Shown piece after piece: positions 25,971 through 35,913 of a stretch of 64,000 bases of DNA (the stretch's first letter is position 1; each line of letters begins with the position of its first letter). The notes under the pieces are model-generated. The model made no database searches, was not told where the DNA came from, and was given only the letters and a program-made list of their open reading frames with translations. Origin of the DNA: a virus. The stretch is from IMG/VR virus record IMGVR_UViG_3300037156_000189, positions 10,764-74,763 of that record; one strand, given 5' to 3'. The translations under genes and the position numbers were made by a program.

Positions 25971-26345
25971 ATGTCAGACAAGTCCCCCACTACCGTAGCT
26001 GAGAAGCGCCTGCTCTGGCTGATCCGTGATATCGTGGCGCAGTCCTGCGCTGACTACAAGAAAAGCGCTACCCCCGCTTACGATGATCCCATCCATGTCT
26101 TCTCTGGTTTCATCGGCATCCATGCCGAGGCGATCGCGCTGCTTGCCGAGTATGGGTTGGTAAAGGACCTGGCCGACAACGGCGGCCGAGTGGTCAGAGG
26201 GAAGCTGTTGCCGGTGGGCGAGGCAGCCAAAGTGCTGAAGACGGGGCCATTCCGTCCGAAGGAGGATGTGAATCCTCTCCCATCCGCCGCGGACCTCGAT
26301 GCCGTGGCGCAAGAAGACTCAGCGCGGGAGGCCACGCAGAAATGA
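25971..26345 (+). CDS. Hypothetical protein
   Basis: Promoter-like TTGCAA-N16-TATGCT upstream. Confidence 0.7.
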   Translation: MSDKSPTTVAEKRLLWLIRDIVAQSCADYKKSATPAYDDPIHVFSGFIGIHAEAIALLAEYGLVKDLADNGGRVVRGKLLPVGEAAKVLKTGPFRPKEDVNPLPSAADLDAVAQEDSAREATQK

Positions 26346-26713
26346 CCGACAAGCCCCCCATCATTCGGATCGATCCCTGCAGAAGCCGTGTTTTTGCTTG
26401 GATCGAGTTCAACTCCGATGCCTCTGAGGTGAGGGACGAAGTCACAAATCGTTTGGTTCAGCCGGCGGGGCCTGCGATCACAGCGAGATATCGAACCACT
26501 GGCATGGAGATGACGGCGTGGCCGATCACAGAGGAAGAGGCGAGGCGCATCATGCAGCCCGGCGCCGAGTTCGACTACTCCTCCGGCCGCGCCTGGTCCC
26601 AGATCGTGATGCCTTACAAATCCAAGAGAACGGTCAAATCAGGCCAAAGACAAGAGACGGTCAAACAACGTACCGAGATCGAGCAGCGCGCGGGAAGGCG
26701 GTGGTTGGCGTGA
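26342..26713 (+). CDS. KTSC-like domain protein
   Basis: SRVFAWIEFN...ARYRTTG...PITEEEARRIM...SSGRAWSQIV follows the KTSC pattern. Confidence 0.5.
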   Translation: MTDKPPIIRIDPCRSRVFAWIEFNSDASEVRDEVTNRLVQPAGPAITARYRTTGMEMTAWPITEEEARRIMQPGAEFDYSSGRAWSQIVMPYKSKRTVKSGQRQETVKQRTEIEQRAGRRWLA

Positions 26714-28425
26714 GACAATCTCTCCGAATCAGCGAGTCCCTCTCTCTTCCTTCCAACGCGGTGACTCAGACCTTCGCGTGCATTGGTCGCAAAGGTGCCG
26801 GGAAAACATACCTCGCGTCTATGCTGGCTGAGCAGATGCTCGATCTCGGTGCGCAGGTAGTCATCATTGATCCTGTCGGAAATTGGTGGGGGCTACGTGT
26901 AGATGCCGATGGGAAATCCAAAGGCAAAGACATCTTCATTGCCGGCGGTGAGCGCGGAGACGTGCCAGTCCTGCCTGAATCCGGTGCGCGGTTCGCGCGG
27001 CTGGTTGTCGAGCGCAATGTTTCGATGGTGTTGGACGTTTCTGGTTTTCGTCAGGGCGAGCGCAAGCGATTTGCTGCCGATTTTGCTGAGGAGTTTTTTC
27101 ATCTCAAGAAGACTCAACGTAGTGCTGTTCATCTGTTCGTTGAGGAAGCGCAATTGTTTGTTCCTCAGCGGTGCGGTCCTGAAGAAGCGCGAATGCTCGG
27201 TGCGTTTGAGAACATCATTCGACTTGGCAGGAATTACGGAGTGGGTGCGACTTTAATTTCCCAACGGCCGCAATCGGTCAATAAGGAAGTTCTCTCCCAG
27301 GTCGAATGCCTTTGCGTGCTTCAGGTCAACGGTTCGCACGAGCGAAAGGCTCTGGAAGAATGGGTGCAGGAAGCCGGTGCAGACCGAAAGCTCGTCGGCG
27401 AGTTGCCGGGGTTGTCGCAAGGTCAAGGCTATGTCTGGTCGCCTTCTTGGCTCAGGGTATTCGAGCGGGTCAAGTTCGCTAAGAAAGTTACGTTCGATGC
27501 CTCGGCGACTCCGGAAGTCGGTAAGGCGACGAAGGCCGCGTTGTTGACTGCTGTCGATGTTGAAGCGCTAAAGGCCGATCTCCAGTCGGTGATCGCCAGT
27601 GCTGAGAAAGACGATCCGAAAGTTCTGCGGCGAAAGATTGCAGAATTGGAGCGTGCTGTGAATCAGACGGCTCCTAAAGATTCTGAAGAGACAAAACGGC
27701 GGTTGGCAGTAGCCGAGGAAGATGTTCGCAAGCTTGCACAGTCGTTGTCGGAGGCACAACTTCGCTGTAACACGCTTCAGGGCTACATGGCTGCGTTGCA
27801 GAAGATTCAGGCGGCAGCAGAAACGATGCAGCCCCTGGAGTCTGTCGTAGTCACGCGATCTGAATATCGAAGCCCTGTGACCCCTAAGTTGAAGCCACAG
27901 CGAGAATGGCCGAAGCCGTTCAAGTCTGTTGCGGCTTCGTCGAACGGTCATCTTCGCGCCGGAGCACGCCGCATGCTCGCGTGTCTGTGCCAGTGGCTTC
28001 CTGCCGGTCGCACTGAGTCTCAGGTTGCTGCGCAGGTGCAGATGAAGAAAACCGGAGGTACGTGGTCGGCTTACAAATCCGATCTGCGCAATGGCGGTTA
28101 CATCGAGATTGGTGGTGGCGGCCTCTGGTACGCTACCGATCAGGGACGCAATTATTTAGGCGCGGATGTTCCCGATACACCTACCACTACTAATGAGGTT
28201 GTTGAACTCTGGGGTCAGAAACTTCGCCTTGGTGCGCGGAATATGCTGGATGTACTCGTGCGGCACAAAGGCCGGGCGATTGCCAAGGATGAATTGGGCC
28301 AGGCTGTGAACATGGAGTCGAGCGGCGGAACATTCTCCGCTTACCTCTCTGATCTCAAGCAGGCGGGACTGATTGTAGTGGACCGTGACGGCGTGCGTGC
28401 GAATACGGAGACATTGTTGCTATGA
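26710..28425 (+). CDS. HerA/FtsK-like ATPase with coiled coil and two C-terminal winged helices
   Basis: Walker A GRKGAGKT, Walker B LFVEEAQ and RLGR.YG....ISQRP; repeated GGT(W/F)SAY.SDL. Confidence 0.85.
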   Translation: MRQSLRISESLSLPSNAVTQTFACIGRKGAGKTYLASMLAEQMLDLGAQVVIIDPVGNWWGLRVDADGKSKGKDIFIAGGERGDVPVLPESGARFARLVVERNVSMVLDVSGFRQGERKRFAADFAEEFFHLKKTQRSAVHLFVEEAQLFVPQRCGPEEARMLGAFENIIRLGRNYGVGATLISQRPQSVNKEVLSQVECLCVLQVNGSHERKALEEWVQEAGADRKLVGELPGLSQGQGYVWSPSWLRVFERVKFAKKVTFDASATPEVGKATKAALLTAVDVEALKADLQSVIASAEKDDPKVLRRKIAELERAVNQTAPKDSEETKRRLAVAEEDVRKLAQSLSEAQLRCNTLQGYMAALQKIQAAAETMQPLESVVVTRSEYRSPVTPKLKPQREWPKPFKSVAASSNGHLRAGARRMLACLCQWLPAGRTESQVAAQVQMKKTGGTWSAYKSDLRNGGYIEIGGGGLWYATDQGRNYLGADVPDTPTTTNEVVELWGQKLRLGARNMLDVLVRHKGRAIAKDELGQAVNMESSGGTFSAYLSDLKQAGLIVVDRDGVRANTETLLL

Positions 28426-28589
28426 CCCATGAAATCCCCCACACTTGCCACAGTCTTACCCCCACCGAGCGCCAACAGATCCTAAGGCGCCTCAAGTACG
28501 GCCCCGCTCTTCCGCGAGAGGAACTGGCTGAATACGCGAACAAGCTGAAGCGGGATGTGTTGGACAAACGAGAGGGAGTGAAGAAGTGA
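28422..28589 (+). CDS. Small hypothetical protein
   Basis: Coupled ORF starting MTHEIPH. Confidence 0.55.
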   Translation: MTHEIPHTCHSLTPTERQQILRRLKYGPALPREELAEYANKLKRDVLDKREGVKK

Positions 28590-28726
28590 GCGCCAGTACC
28601 CAATTCCTAGTTGCGTTTGTTGCAGGCGGCGTTCTCATGTTGCTCGGCCGTATAGTCGGCGAATGGATGAGCGAGCGCAAGTTTAACAGAGAAAGGCTCG
28701 CAGCGAAAGAGAAGGTGCAGAAGTGA
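28586..28726 (+). CDS. Small membrane protein
   Basis: FLVAFVAGGVLMLLG helix; coupled. Confidence 0.55.
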   Translation: MSASTQFLVAFVAGGVLMLLGRIVGEWMSERKFNRERLAAKEKVQK

Positions 28727-29070
28727 GCCCCCGCCCCCGACTTCCCAAAACGCAGTGGGCCAACGACAGTATCCGGGTGGACGTGAAGGCCGCCGGACTG
28801 GTTGACGAGCCGGCCAATCAAGAGGTTTTCAACGCCTGTCTCAATGAGATGGGTTCTGTGAGATTCAGAATCATGCTGGGCTGTTACGGCCCTGGGACAG
28901 AAACTGCTCCGAAGCCCAAGTACCACTGGATTCTCGGGGAGTCGGCGACAATTCTATGCCGCGATCTTGAAACTGCCGAATGGTTCAGGGAGTCTCTTCT
29001 CTCCTGGCTGAAGTCTCTTGACGGCATTCGTCTAGAGGCCGTCGACGACGGAGCGGAGGACGCGCAATGA
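28723..29070 (+). CDS. Hypothetical protein
   Basis: Coupled ORF. Confidence 0.65.
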   Translation: MSPRPRLPKTQWANDSIRVDVKAAGLVDEPANQEVFNACLNEMGSVRFRIMLGCYGPGTETAPKPKYHWILGESATILCRDLETAEWFRESLLSWLKSLDGIRLEAVDDGAEDAQ

Positions 29071-29627
29071 AACTCGAACGCGCTCTCGCTTGTGCAGGCT
29101 GGATGTCCGAAGCTGAGTTGGCCTACATCGCCGGTCTTGCTCCTCGCAGCAAGATCGTTGTTGAACTCGGCTCGTGGCGCGGGCGCTCCGCGATCGCATG
29201 GGCCGAGAACGGGGCCAAGGTTGTCTACTGCGTGGATACCTGGGATGACTCCGCATTTGGTTGCGAGAATTTCCCCGGCGATGCTCCTGATCTCAAGCAG
29301 CGGCCCGAGTGGCTTTGGAATGAGTTCCTGCGCAATACCGTGGGCCTCCCCAACATTTTCCCTTTGCGCATGACCACGGCGGAGGCGGCTGGATTCTTAG
29401 CCCCCCTGGGGATCAAAGCCGATGTGGTTTTTATCGACGCCGGGCATCTCGCGCATGAAGTTGTTGCCGACATCGAAGCGTGGCGGCCGTTGCTGAGGGA
29501 TGAGAATTCAGTTCTTTGTGGCCATGATTACAATTTCTCAGGATGGCCTGACGTGAAGACCGTAGTAGACCAGATGATTCCCAAATTCAGTGTGATTGGG
29601 ACGATCTGGACCACGGAGGGCGTCTGA
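29067..29627 (+). CDS. Class I SAM methyltransferase (Methyltransf_24-like)
   Basis: VELGSWRGRS, CVDTW, VFIDAGH and LCGHDY. Confidence 0.88.
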   Translation: MKLERALACAGWMSEAELAYIAGLAPRSKIVVELGSWRGRSAIAWAENGAKVVYCVDTWDDSAFGCENFPGDAPDLKQRPEWLWNEFLRNTVGLPNIFPLRMTTAEAAGFLAPLGIKADVVFIDAGHLAHEVVADIEAWRPLLRDENSVLCGHDYNFSGWPDVKTVVDQMIPKFSVIGTIWTTEGV

Positions 29628-30211
29628 TGCCTCCCACTTTCACGATTATTACTGCCACGATTCAAAGAGAGTCCCTTGTTCGCTGCTGCGCCTCTGTGAA
29701 TGCTCAGTCTCTTACTGATTGGCAGCATCTGATCGTCATGGACTGCGCGATAGAGGATGTGAATTCAGAGTTGATGTTTTCCCTGGCGCATCCTCGCCGC
29801 CGATTCTACTGCTGTGGTCAGCGCTACAACGATTTCGGTAACTCACCGAGGCATCAGGCTTACGAGTTCGCCACGGGAGATTTTGTATACTTCTTGGACG
29901 ATGATAACGAGTTTGCGGATTCCGACGCGCTGCAGCGCATGTCCGACGCGCTTGCCAAAGCGGGTTGTCCTCTGGTTTCCATCTTTCCAATCATCCGTGA
30001 TGGCCAGAGGTTCTTCAATGACCCTCCCGGCCTTTGCCTGACCGACACTGCCAACTTCTGCCTGCGCCGCCAGATTGCGCAGTGGCTTGCGGGGCCGGAG
30101 TACGAAATGGATGGGATCTTGATCGAGCGGTTGGTCAAGAAGTGCGGATACGAAGCGTTCCCCGACGTCGAACCGATCGCTATCATGGAGAAATCGAATC
30201 ATGGAAAATAG
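29627..30211 (+). CDS. Glycosyltransferase family 2
   Basis: TIITAT..R.SL..C..SV.AQ and YFLDDDN. Confidence 0.88.
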   Translation: MPPTFTIITATIQRESLVRCCASVNAQSLTDWQHLIVMDCAIEDVNSELMFSLAHPRRRFYCCGQRYNDFGNSPRHQAYEFATGDFVYFLDDDNEFADSDALQRMSDALAKAGCPLVSIFPIIRDGQRFFNDPPGLCLTDTANFCLRRQIAQWLAGPEYEMDGILIERLVKKCGYEAFPDVEPIAIMEKSNHGK

Positions 30212-31052
30212 TCCCCGCATTTTACTTGGCTTCCTTTCGGCTTACCACCCATCGCGTTGGCACCGTCGTCAGATCTTGCGTGAGCAGTGCCTCAAGAATT
30301 CTCCGCTCCCTTGGAAGTTCGTTTTCGGGGACGAGCCCTATCCAGGGGATCGTGAGCGTTGTGGAATCCCTGACGATGAAATTCTTCACGCGTCAGGATC
30401 GGACGCGAAGAAGTATCTTCATCTTAAGGATGTCGCGCTGTTCAAATATGCGCTTGATAATGGGTTCGACTACTGCTTAAGAGGGTGCGACGACTCATGG
30501 GTTTTCCCCGACCGCATCGTCCGCGCCGGCTTGGAGCCTTTCGATTATGCCGGCAATTTTCCGTGCAAGTTCAAACTGGGTGGAACTTTTGATGTTCCCA
30601 TGGCGAGAATGAATTACGCGCACGGCGGGTGTGGAATCTGGCTCTCGCGTAAGGCCATGCAGATGATCGTGGATACTCCCTGGGATGAGCATTATTTGGA
30701 CTCGTGGCCTGAGAAGCTCGATGTGGGGTTTGGGATCAAATTTCCCAAGATGCCCTGGTATTGGGACGACCATTTTCTGGGGGAGGTCTTGCAAGGGAAT
30801 TTGGGTTATTTCGATCCTCTGCGCGACCAGCCGTGGCAATCCTACGCGGCCAATGGAATTGCCTGTTACGAAGACTCGGACTTGTTCTTCAACGACGAAC
30901 CCCAACGGCCCCTCACGATCCATGATCCCGGCGTGCACAAGCCAAACTCACGTGAGATGGATGAAGTTGTTGAGCAAGCGAGAGCAAGGAACATCGCGGC
31001 GATGATGATTGGTCAGCCAGTCGATGTGGAATTGGAGCCCACCCATGGTTGA
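30201..31052 (+). CDS. GT31/Fringe-like glycosyltransferase
   Basis: RRQILREQ, FDYCLRGCDDSWV, YAHGGCGIWLSRKAM and WDDHFLG. Confidence 0.75.
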   Translation: MENSPRILLGFLSAYHPSRWHRRQILREQCLKNSPLPWKFVFGDEPYPGDRERCGIPDDEILHASGSDAKKYLHLKDVALFKYALDNGFDYCLRGCDDSWVFPDRIVRAGLEPFDYAGNFPCKFKLGGTFDVPMARMNYAHGGCGIWLSRKAMQMIVDTPWDEHYLDSWPEKLDVGFGIKFPKMPWYWDDHFLGEVLQGNLGYFDPLRDQPWQSYAANGIACYEDSDLFFNDEPQRPLTIHDPGVHKPNSREMDEVVEQARARNIAAMMIGQPVDVELEPTHG

Positions 31053-31566
31053 TTTCAATCTCTTTCAAAGAGTCGGCAGTTTCTTCGAGCAGCGTCGTGA
31101 GTACAGAGCCCAAGCTCTCAAGAACCTCCGTAAGCGCGAGGGACTTCCTTCCCCAGTTGACGAGAACGGTTCTCCTCTCGAAACTCGCATGGATGACTAC
31201 GGCAACGCGACATATCACAATGCTGCGGGAGAGAAGGTCGACCGAGTTCTCTTCGCCGGGGCCGGCAAGGACGGCAAGCCCGGATCGTTCGCTGTCGGCC
31301 AGCGCCGCGGTGATCCGCTCGACGAGGCAACTCGGAACTGGGCCAGTGGCCACTCAGCTTTTGAAATCCTCGACGTCGCAGAAGACGGTCGTCGCCTTTC
31401 CGATGAGCTGAACGATCTCGACCGGGATTCCAGCACCTTCGCCATGGCTGAAACTGTGTCCCACGGCGTCGAGTCCGAGCAGGCGCCGGGATTTGAGATC
31501 ACTGGGACTTCGGACGAAGAGATCGACCAACGGCTGCAGGAGTTTTTGAAGAGAGGTCCGCGGTGA
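31045..31566 (+). CDS. Acidic hypothetical protein
   Basis: GGAG ribosome-binding site; starts MVDFNLF. Confidence 0.7.
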   Translation: MVDFNLFQRVGSFFEQRREYRAQALKNLRKREGLPSPVDENGSPLETRMDDYGNATYHNAAGEKVDRVLFAGAGKDGKPGSFAVGQRRGDPLDEATRNWASGHSAFEILDVAEDGRRLSDELNDLDRDSSTFAMAETVSHGVESEQAPGFEITGTSDEEIDQRLQEFLKRGPR

Positions 31567-32015
31567 TGAGCGATAGGCCAAAGATTGTGTGTCTCTGCGG
31601 GTCCACGCGGTTTCGCGATCAGTTTGCTCAAGCGAACTATCGTGAAACGCTGAAAGGGAGCATAGTCCTGAGTGTGGGCTTTTATGTCCATGCCGCAGAT
31701 GAGTGCCCGAACTGCGATGCGTCGCAGAGCTTCGCGAAAGAGCAGAATGCTGAGGGTCCGCAAGGAAAGTGTTGGCAGTGCGGTGCAGACCTCGGCTGTA
31801 CGTCGGAGCAGAAGATCGCTTTGGATGAACTTCACAAGCGCAAGATTGATTTGGCCGACGAGATTTTGGTGGTTACCGTTCAAAGATATATCGGCGAGTC
31901 TACGTTTTCTGAGATAGAATATGCTCGGCAGTGTGGTAAGTCTGTCCGATGGCTAGAGCCTACTGCTGAGGAGCGATTTCATGAGTTGGCCGAAAGGCGT
32001 GCCGCGCGCACCTGA
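31563..32015 (+). CDS. Nucleoside-deoxyribosyltransferase/TIR-like fold protein with a zinc-ribbon insert
   Basis: CLCGSTRF...LHKRKIDLADEILV...YIGEST..EI.YA; CPNC/CWQC insertion. Confidence 0.65.
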   Translation: MMSDRPKIVCLCGSTRFRDQFAQANYRETLKGSIVLSVGFYVHAADECPNCDASQSFAKEQNAEGPQGKCWQCGADLGCTSEQKIALDELHKRKIDLADEILVVTVQRYIGESTFSEIEYARQCGKSVRWLEPTAEERFHELAERRAART

Positions 32016-32595
32016 AACGATTGCAAAAATGAAGGCGTCTTCTCCGCGCAGATCAGGATGGCGCCATTCGGAAGAGACAAAGTTGAAAATAGCAGCGGCT
32101 CGTCAAGCGCGCGAAGCGTTAAAGCCGCCGAAGGCTGCATGTAAAAAACGAGGTCGAAATGGGTGGAAGTGGACTGATGAGCAGAGGGAAAAATACAGTG
32201 CAAGTCGCAAAGGACGCCATTTTAGCGACGAGGCAAGAGCACGGCTTGCTGACAATAGGCGTATGTTTTGGGATAGTCTCCCCTCTGAAGATCGAGAACG
32301 ACGATTGGTGCGTTGGCGAGGGTACGGTTCTGAAGGTGTGCGTTCACGACGCCCTAGCGGCGCTTGTCAAAAGTGTGGAGTTTATCGTCAGTCTCTTCAT
32401 CGTGAGCACATTATTCCGCGTTGGAAGGGTGGAAAGGACGATAGCGAGAATATCCAATGGCTTTGTGCAAATTGCCACGAGGATAAGACTCGCGAGGATC
32501 TCCGTGGTATACCGGGACCGAACAGAGGTAAAAAACCAAGCGAGGAGACACGAGTTAAAATGCGTGCGGCCGCGCTTCGTCGTTTGAGTCGCTAA
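31981..32595 (+). CDS. HNH endonuclease with NUMOD3 repeats
   Basis: HSEETKLKI repeats; CQKC..LHREHIIP..GG.D..ENIQWLCANCH. Confidence 0.88.
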   Translation: MSWPKGVPRAPETIAKMKASSPRRSGWRHSEETKLKIAAARQAREALKPPKAACKKRGRNGWKWTDEQREKYSASRKGRHFSDEARARLADNRRMFWDSLPSEDRERRLVRWRGYGSEGVRSRRPSGACQKCGVYRQSLHREHIIPRWKGGKDDSENIQWLCANCHEDKTREDLRGIPGPNRGKKPSEETRVKMRAAALRRLSR

Positions 32596-32667
32596 CAGTG
32601 GTAGTACGAATATTGAAATTGAGTATCCAGTAACGAGAGGTAAACCTGTGCGATATACGGAGTCAGT

Positions 32668-32946
32668 ATGAGTAACACGGCTGACACTCGTCCTGATCTT
32701 ATTCACCCGTTCCAGTTCCAACCGGGGCGTGAGTCTGAATGCAGCCACTTTTACCCGTGGCTCGGCGGATACGTCAAGTGCAACGCGAAGGAATCCAGTC
32801 CAATTCATCGCAATGGCCCACATCTGCTGACGGCGAAAAACGGCGAGCAGGCTTATTGCCTTGGCGATCCTGCTGTTTGTCAGTTTTGTGCGGAAGGCCG
32901 TCCCGCAACATTTTACAACTGGAAGGCGGCTGAAGATGCCCGCTGA
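32668..32946 (+). CDS. Cys/His-rich hypothetical protein
   Basis: GGAG ribosome-binding site. Confidence 0.65.
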   Translation: MSNTADTRPDLIHPFQFQPGRESECSHFYPWLGGYVKCNAKESSPIHRNGPHLLTAKNGEQAYCLGDPAVCQFCAEGRPATFYNWKAAEDAR

Positions 32947-33160
32947 CTTTTTCCTCTGTCCCGGTTGCGAACTGCCGGTAGCCGAAGAAGGTTCTCTTTG
33001 CGAGTCCTGTGCTGCATGGCAGGCACAGAAGTTGGCAGCTATGAATTCCGAGTATCAGGATAGCTTGGCGAGGCAAGTGCGTCGCCGTATGAGCCCTGGC
33101 GCGCGATTCGCCGAAGACTTGTCGGATATGGCGAAGGCCGTGGAACGGAGTCGGAGATGA
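32936..33160 (+). CDS. Zinc-finger hypothetical protein
   Basis: CPGC...CESC. Confidence 0.65.
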   Translation: MPADFFLCPGCELPVAEEGSLCESCAAWQAQKLAAMNSEYQDSLARQVRRRMSPGARFAEDLSDMAKAVERSRR

Positions 33161-33366
33161 ACATAACCGGTGTCTACCAGTTCCCGCAGAATCGGTGTAT
33201 TTGCTCCATCTGCAACTTCATGTGCTGGACGGAGCAGAAGAGCGGAAAAGTGGTGGTGTCGCATCCGACTCACCCGACTTGTCCCAATTCGCATCAGGCT
33301 TTCGAAGTGCCTGTGACTGAGTGCAAACCACTACCGCCAGAGTTTTTCTCGGACCAGATAGGATAG
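33157..33366 (+). CDS. Hypothetical protein
   Basis: CSIC...HP...CPN. Confidence 0.65.
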   Translation: MNITGVYQFPQNRCICSICNFMCWTEQKSGKVVVSHPTHPTCPNSHQAFEVPVTECKPLPPEFFSDQIG

Positions 33367-33368
33367 CA

Positions 33369-34124
33369 ATGACTCAAGAAATCGAATCCATCAAGCCCGC
33401 CCTGTCGGTCATTCTTGACGACGGTGACTTCATCGTCAATTCCACCGGCCCGGTCGGCAAGGCAATGGCGCAGGCAATCTTACCTCTCGCCGCCGGTGCG
33501 AGGAAAGTGACGATCATCACAGATGGTGAGATGAAGGTGATGAAGCGGAATGGGAACGGGACTAACGCGGGACAAGCGCCGCAGACAGCGGCTCAGGCGA
33601 TGGCTCAGCGCCGGCCTGCGCTCCCCGATGGTCCCGATGTCCAGGATTCTTTTGTCTCCGATATCGAAACTGGAGTTACGGGCGAGCAGGCCATGGGTGA
33701 AACTCCTGCCCCTACTCCCGGCCCGTCCGAGCCAGTCAAGATCCCAACTAAGCGCAAACCAGTCATTTTCCAGGATGCTGCCGCCCCACCGGCTCCCGAG
33801 CTGGCTGAGGAGGAGATGGACCGGCTTATGGCCGAGGCGCAGCAGGCGGAAGCGGAAGCGGCCAAGGTGGCCGAGGATCAGCGGTTCCAGCGGCAGCAGG
33901 CTGTGCAGGCTAATCAGGAGCCCTCTGATGTTCCTGCCGAGCAGCCCGCTGAGGCCGCCAAGCCACGGCGTCGTGAGCGCCAGCTTGCCACCACGGGCCG
34001 GCCCTGCGGCCGCTGCGGCGGTGGCGGGAAGGTCATGGGGGACGCCGGGTTCACCGGAGCCTGTCCCGTGTGCCATGGTGAGGGCCAGGTGAAGACCTGG
34101 GACCGGTCGTTGAAGGTTCGATAG
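33369..34124 (+). CDS. Protein with a C-terminal DnaJ-type zinc finger
   Basis: CGRCGGGG...CPVCHGEG. Confidence 0.75.
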   Translation: MTQEIESIKPALSVILDDGDFIVNSTGPVGKAMAQAILPLAAGARKVTIITDGEMKVMKRNGNGTNAGQAPQTAAQAMAQRRPALPDGPDVQDSFVSDIETGVTGEQAMGETPAPTPGPSEPVKIPTKRKPVIFQDAAAPPAPELAEEEMDRLMAEAQQAEAEAAKVAEDQRFQRQQAVQANQEPSDVPAEQPAEAAKPRRRERQLATTGRPCGRCGGGGKVMGDAGFTGACPVCHGEGQVKTWDRSLKVR

Positions 34125-34167
34125 GCTGAATCTGTAGTATGGTAATGTTGCAAACCAAGGATACCTG

Positions 34168-34770
34168 ATGGCTCACATGCCCGATTCCGCGCTTCCTCTC
34201 TGCAACAATCCGCAGCATCCTGCGGGTCTCCCGAGGCGTATGATCTATCTTCAGACCAAGGACCAGGCCCATGTCTTTGGCTGCCAGGCCTGTCGCGACG
34301 TTAATCGTAAGCTCTCTGTCCGCGTGATTACCGATCAGTTCTACCGGCGCGAGGTCAGGAAGTCCCTGGCCGCATCCGGCCAGTTGCTGAAGGGTCCGAT
34401 GCGCCGTCGTGAACGCTCTCCCATGGAACTTGGCCTGATGCGGGAGATGAGTCTCGATGCCGCTCGCCGCGACACTCGCTCTCGCACGATCGATTGGGAT
34501 TCCGAGCATCGGCGTTCCCGCGACGGCAAGTACGAATTGGTTCGCTACGAGAGCCTGGGCAACGGCAGCCTGCGAATCCAGATGGCGATCAACGGCAAGC
34601 TCTGCCCTCAGATGGATGATCATGTAGCCAGCCGGGAAGAGTTCAAGACTGAGGAAGCATACTGGAGCCGGGTCGCGCGAGGCAGCGAGCTTATCCTGCA
34701 CCTCTACGGCGATCCTAGAAATCCGTTGACGCCGGAAGAAAGCGCGCAGCGGGAAAGTGAAACTTACTAA
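34168..34770 (+). CDS. Hypothetical protein
   Basis: Long ORF with GC-rich third positions; CNNPQH and CQAC. Confidence 0.75.
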   Translation: MAHMPDSALPLCNNPQHPAGLPRRMIYLQTKDQAHVFGCQACRDVNRKLSVRVITDQFYRREVRKSLAASGQLLKGPMRRRERSPMELGLMREMSLDAARRDTRSRTIDWDSEHRRSRDGKYELVRYESLGNGSLRIQMAINGKLCPQMDDHVASREEFKTEEAYWSRVARGSELILHLYGDPRNPLTPEESAQRESETY

Positions 34771-34790
34771 GTCAGAACGGAGAACCAATC

Positions 34791-35024
34791 GTGAATTTTC
34801 AAATTACCTACGCTCAAGTCGATCCTGCGAATAACAGCATCAACAGGCAGCAGACTTTGTACAACTGCATTATCGACGGCAGCGTTGTGCGCTCCGATCT
34901 TGTTGTATTCCGGGACGAGGCCAACACCGGCTCGGTAGTCGCAGTAGTTCCGCTTGCCGGGGTGCTGATGATAGTGGAGAGCGAGCATTTGACTGCCCCG
35001 GCCGCTCCTGCTCCGGCCGTCTGA
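34791..35024 (+). CDS. Hypothetical protein
   Basis: GGAG ribosome-binding site. Confidence 0.65.
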   Translation: MNFQITYAQVDPANNSINRQQTLYNCIIDGSVVRSDLVVFRDEANTGSVVAVVPLAGVLMIVESEHLTAPAAPAPAV

Positions 35025-35071
35025 GCGGGAATCTCTTAACAGGTCCAACCAGAATCGAAAGGATTACACAG

Positions 35072-35599
35072 ATGTCTCGACTTGCCGCAGTCCGCACCGG
35101 TCAACCAACTCAAGGTTTAGGCACAGTTCCTAACGGAAAGCATCTGCCTGCCGGCATTGATGATCTTGAACCGCCTGTGACTATAAACCCTCGCTCCGCG
35201 CATTCCGCCGCGGCTGCGACTGTGACGGCCGCCTGGCTGTCGCTGACCGCAACCGAGCTGGAGGTCCGGAAGTATTTCAAGTCGATCCCGGTTCCTTCCG
35301 GCTTGGAGGCTCTGGCAAAGATGCGCCACCAATGCGACCTGGCGGCCGAGACTCTTCAGGGCCGGATGGACGAATCAAATACCGAACGCTGCACTGGCTG
35401 TGGGAAGACGCTTGAGGAGACGCATAAGAACCAGTGGCTGATGATCGGGGCGGATGTTGACGCTGAGACAGGCGTGCCGATGCCGTACCGCTTCTGCGGC
35501 CCGTTATGTATTCGTGAGCGCAATCGCGAGAAGATGCTTCCGAAGGAACTGCGCGATCAGAAGCGGTTTGATGGCGCCGACATGGGCGAGGTGCGGTGA
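35072..35599 (+). CDS. Protein with a TRASH/MYM-like zinc finger
   Basis: CTGC...FCGPLC. Confidence 0.7.
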   Translation: MSRLAAVRTGQPTQGLGTVPNGKHLPAGIDDLEPPVTINPRSAHSAAAATVTAAWLSLTATELEVRKYFKSIPVPSGLEALAKMRHQCDLAAETLQGRMDESNTERCTGCGKTLEETHKNQWLMIGADVDAETGVPMPYRFCGPLCIRERNREKMLPKELRDQKRFDGADMGEVR

Positions 35600-35913
35600 T
35601 GTCTCAAAAATACGAAGACATCCTCAAAAACTCCGTCGAGAAGCTCTCCCTCGGTCCGAATGACATCCTTATTGTGAAGTCTCAGGAAGCGATGTCGACG
35701 TTTCTGGAGATGACCCAGGCCGGTGTCGGCTTCTCCAAATATGCGAACCCGATTCTCCTTGTCCCCGGCGGCCTGGAGAAGGCAACACGGGACGATCTTC
35801 TCGACGCGATCAGGATTCTGGATGAGAAGATCGCGAACGAAGGAAAGCCGGAGGAAGCGGTCAGCCGGATCATTACTGATTTGCATGCGCCGCTTGTAAG
35901 GAGAGTCCAATGA
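35599..35913 (+). CDS. Hypothetical protein
   Basis: VEKLSLGPNDILIVK. Confidence 0.7.
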   Translation: MSQKYEDILKNSVEKLSLGPNDILIVKSQEAMSTFLEMTQAGVGFSKYANPILLVPGGLEKATRDDLLDAIRILDEKIANEGKPEEAVSRIITDLHAPLVRRVQ

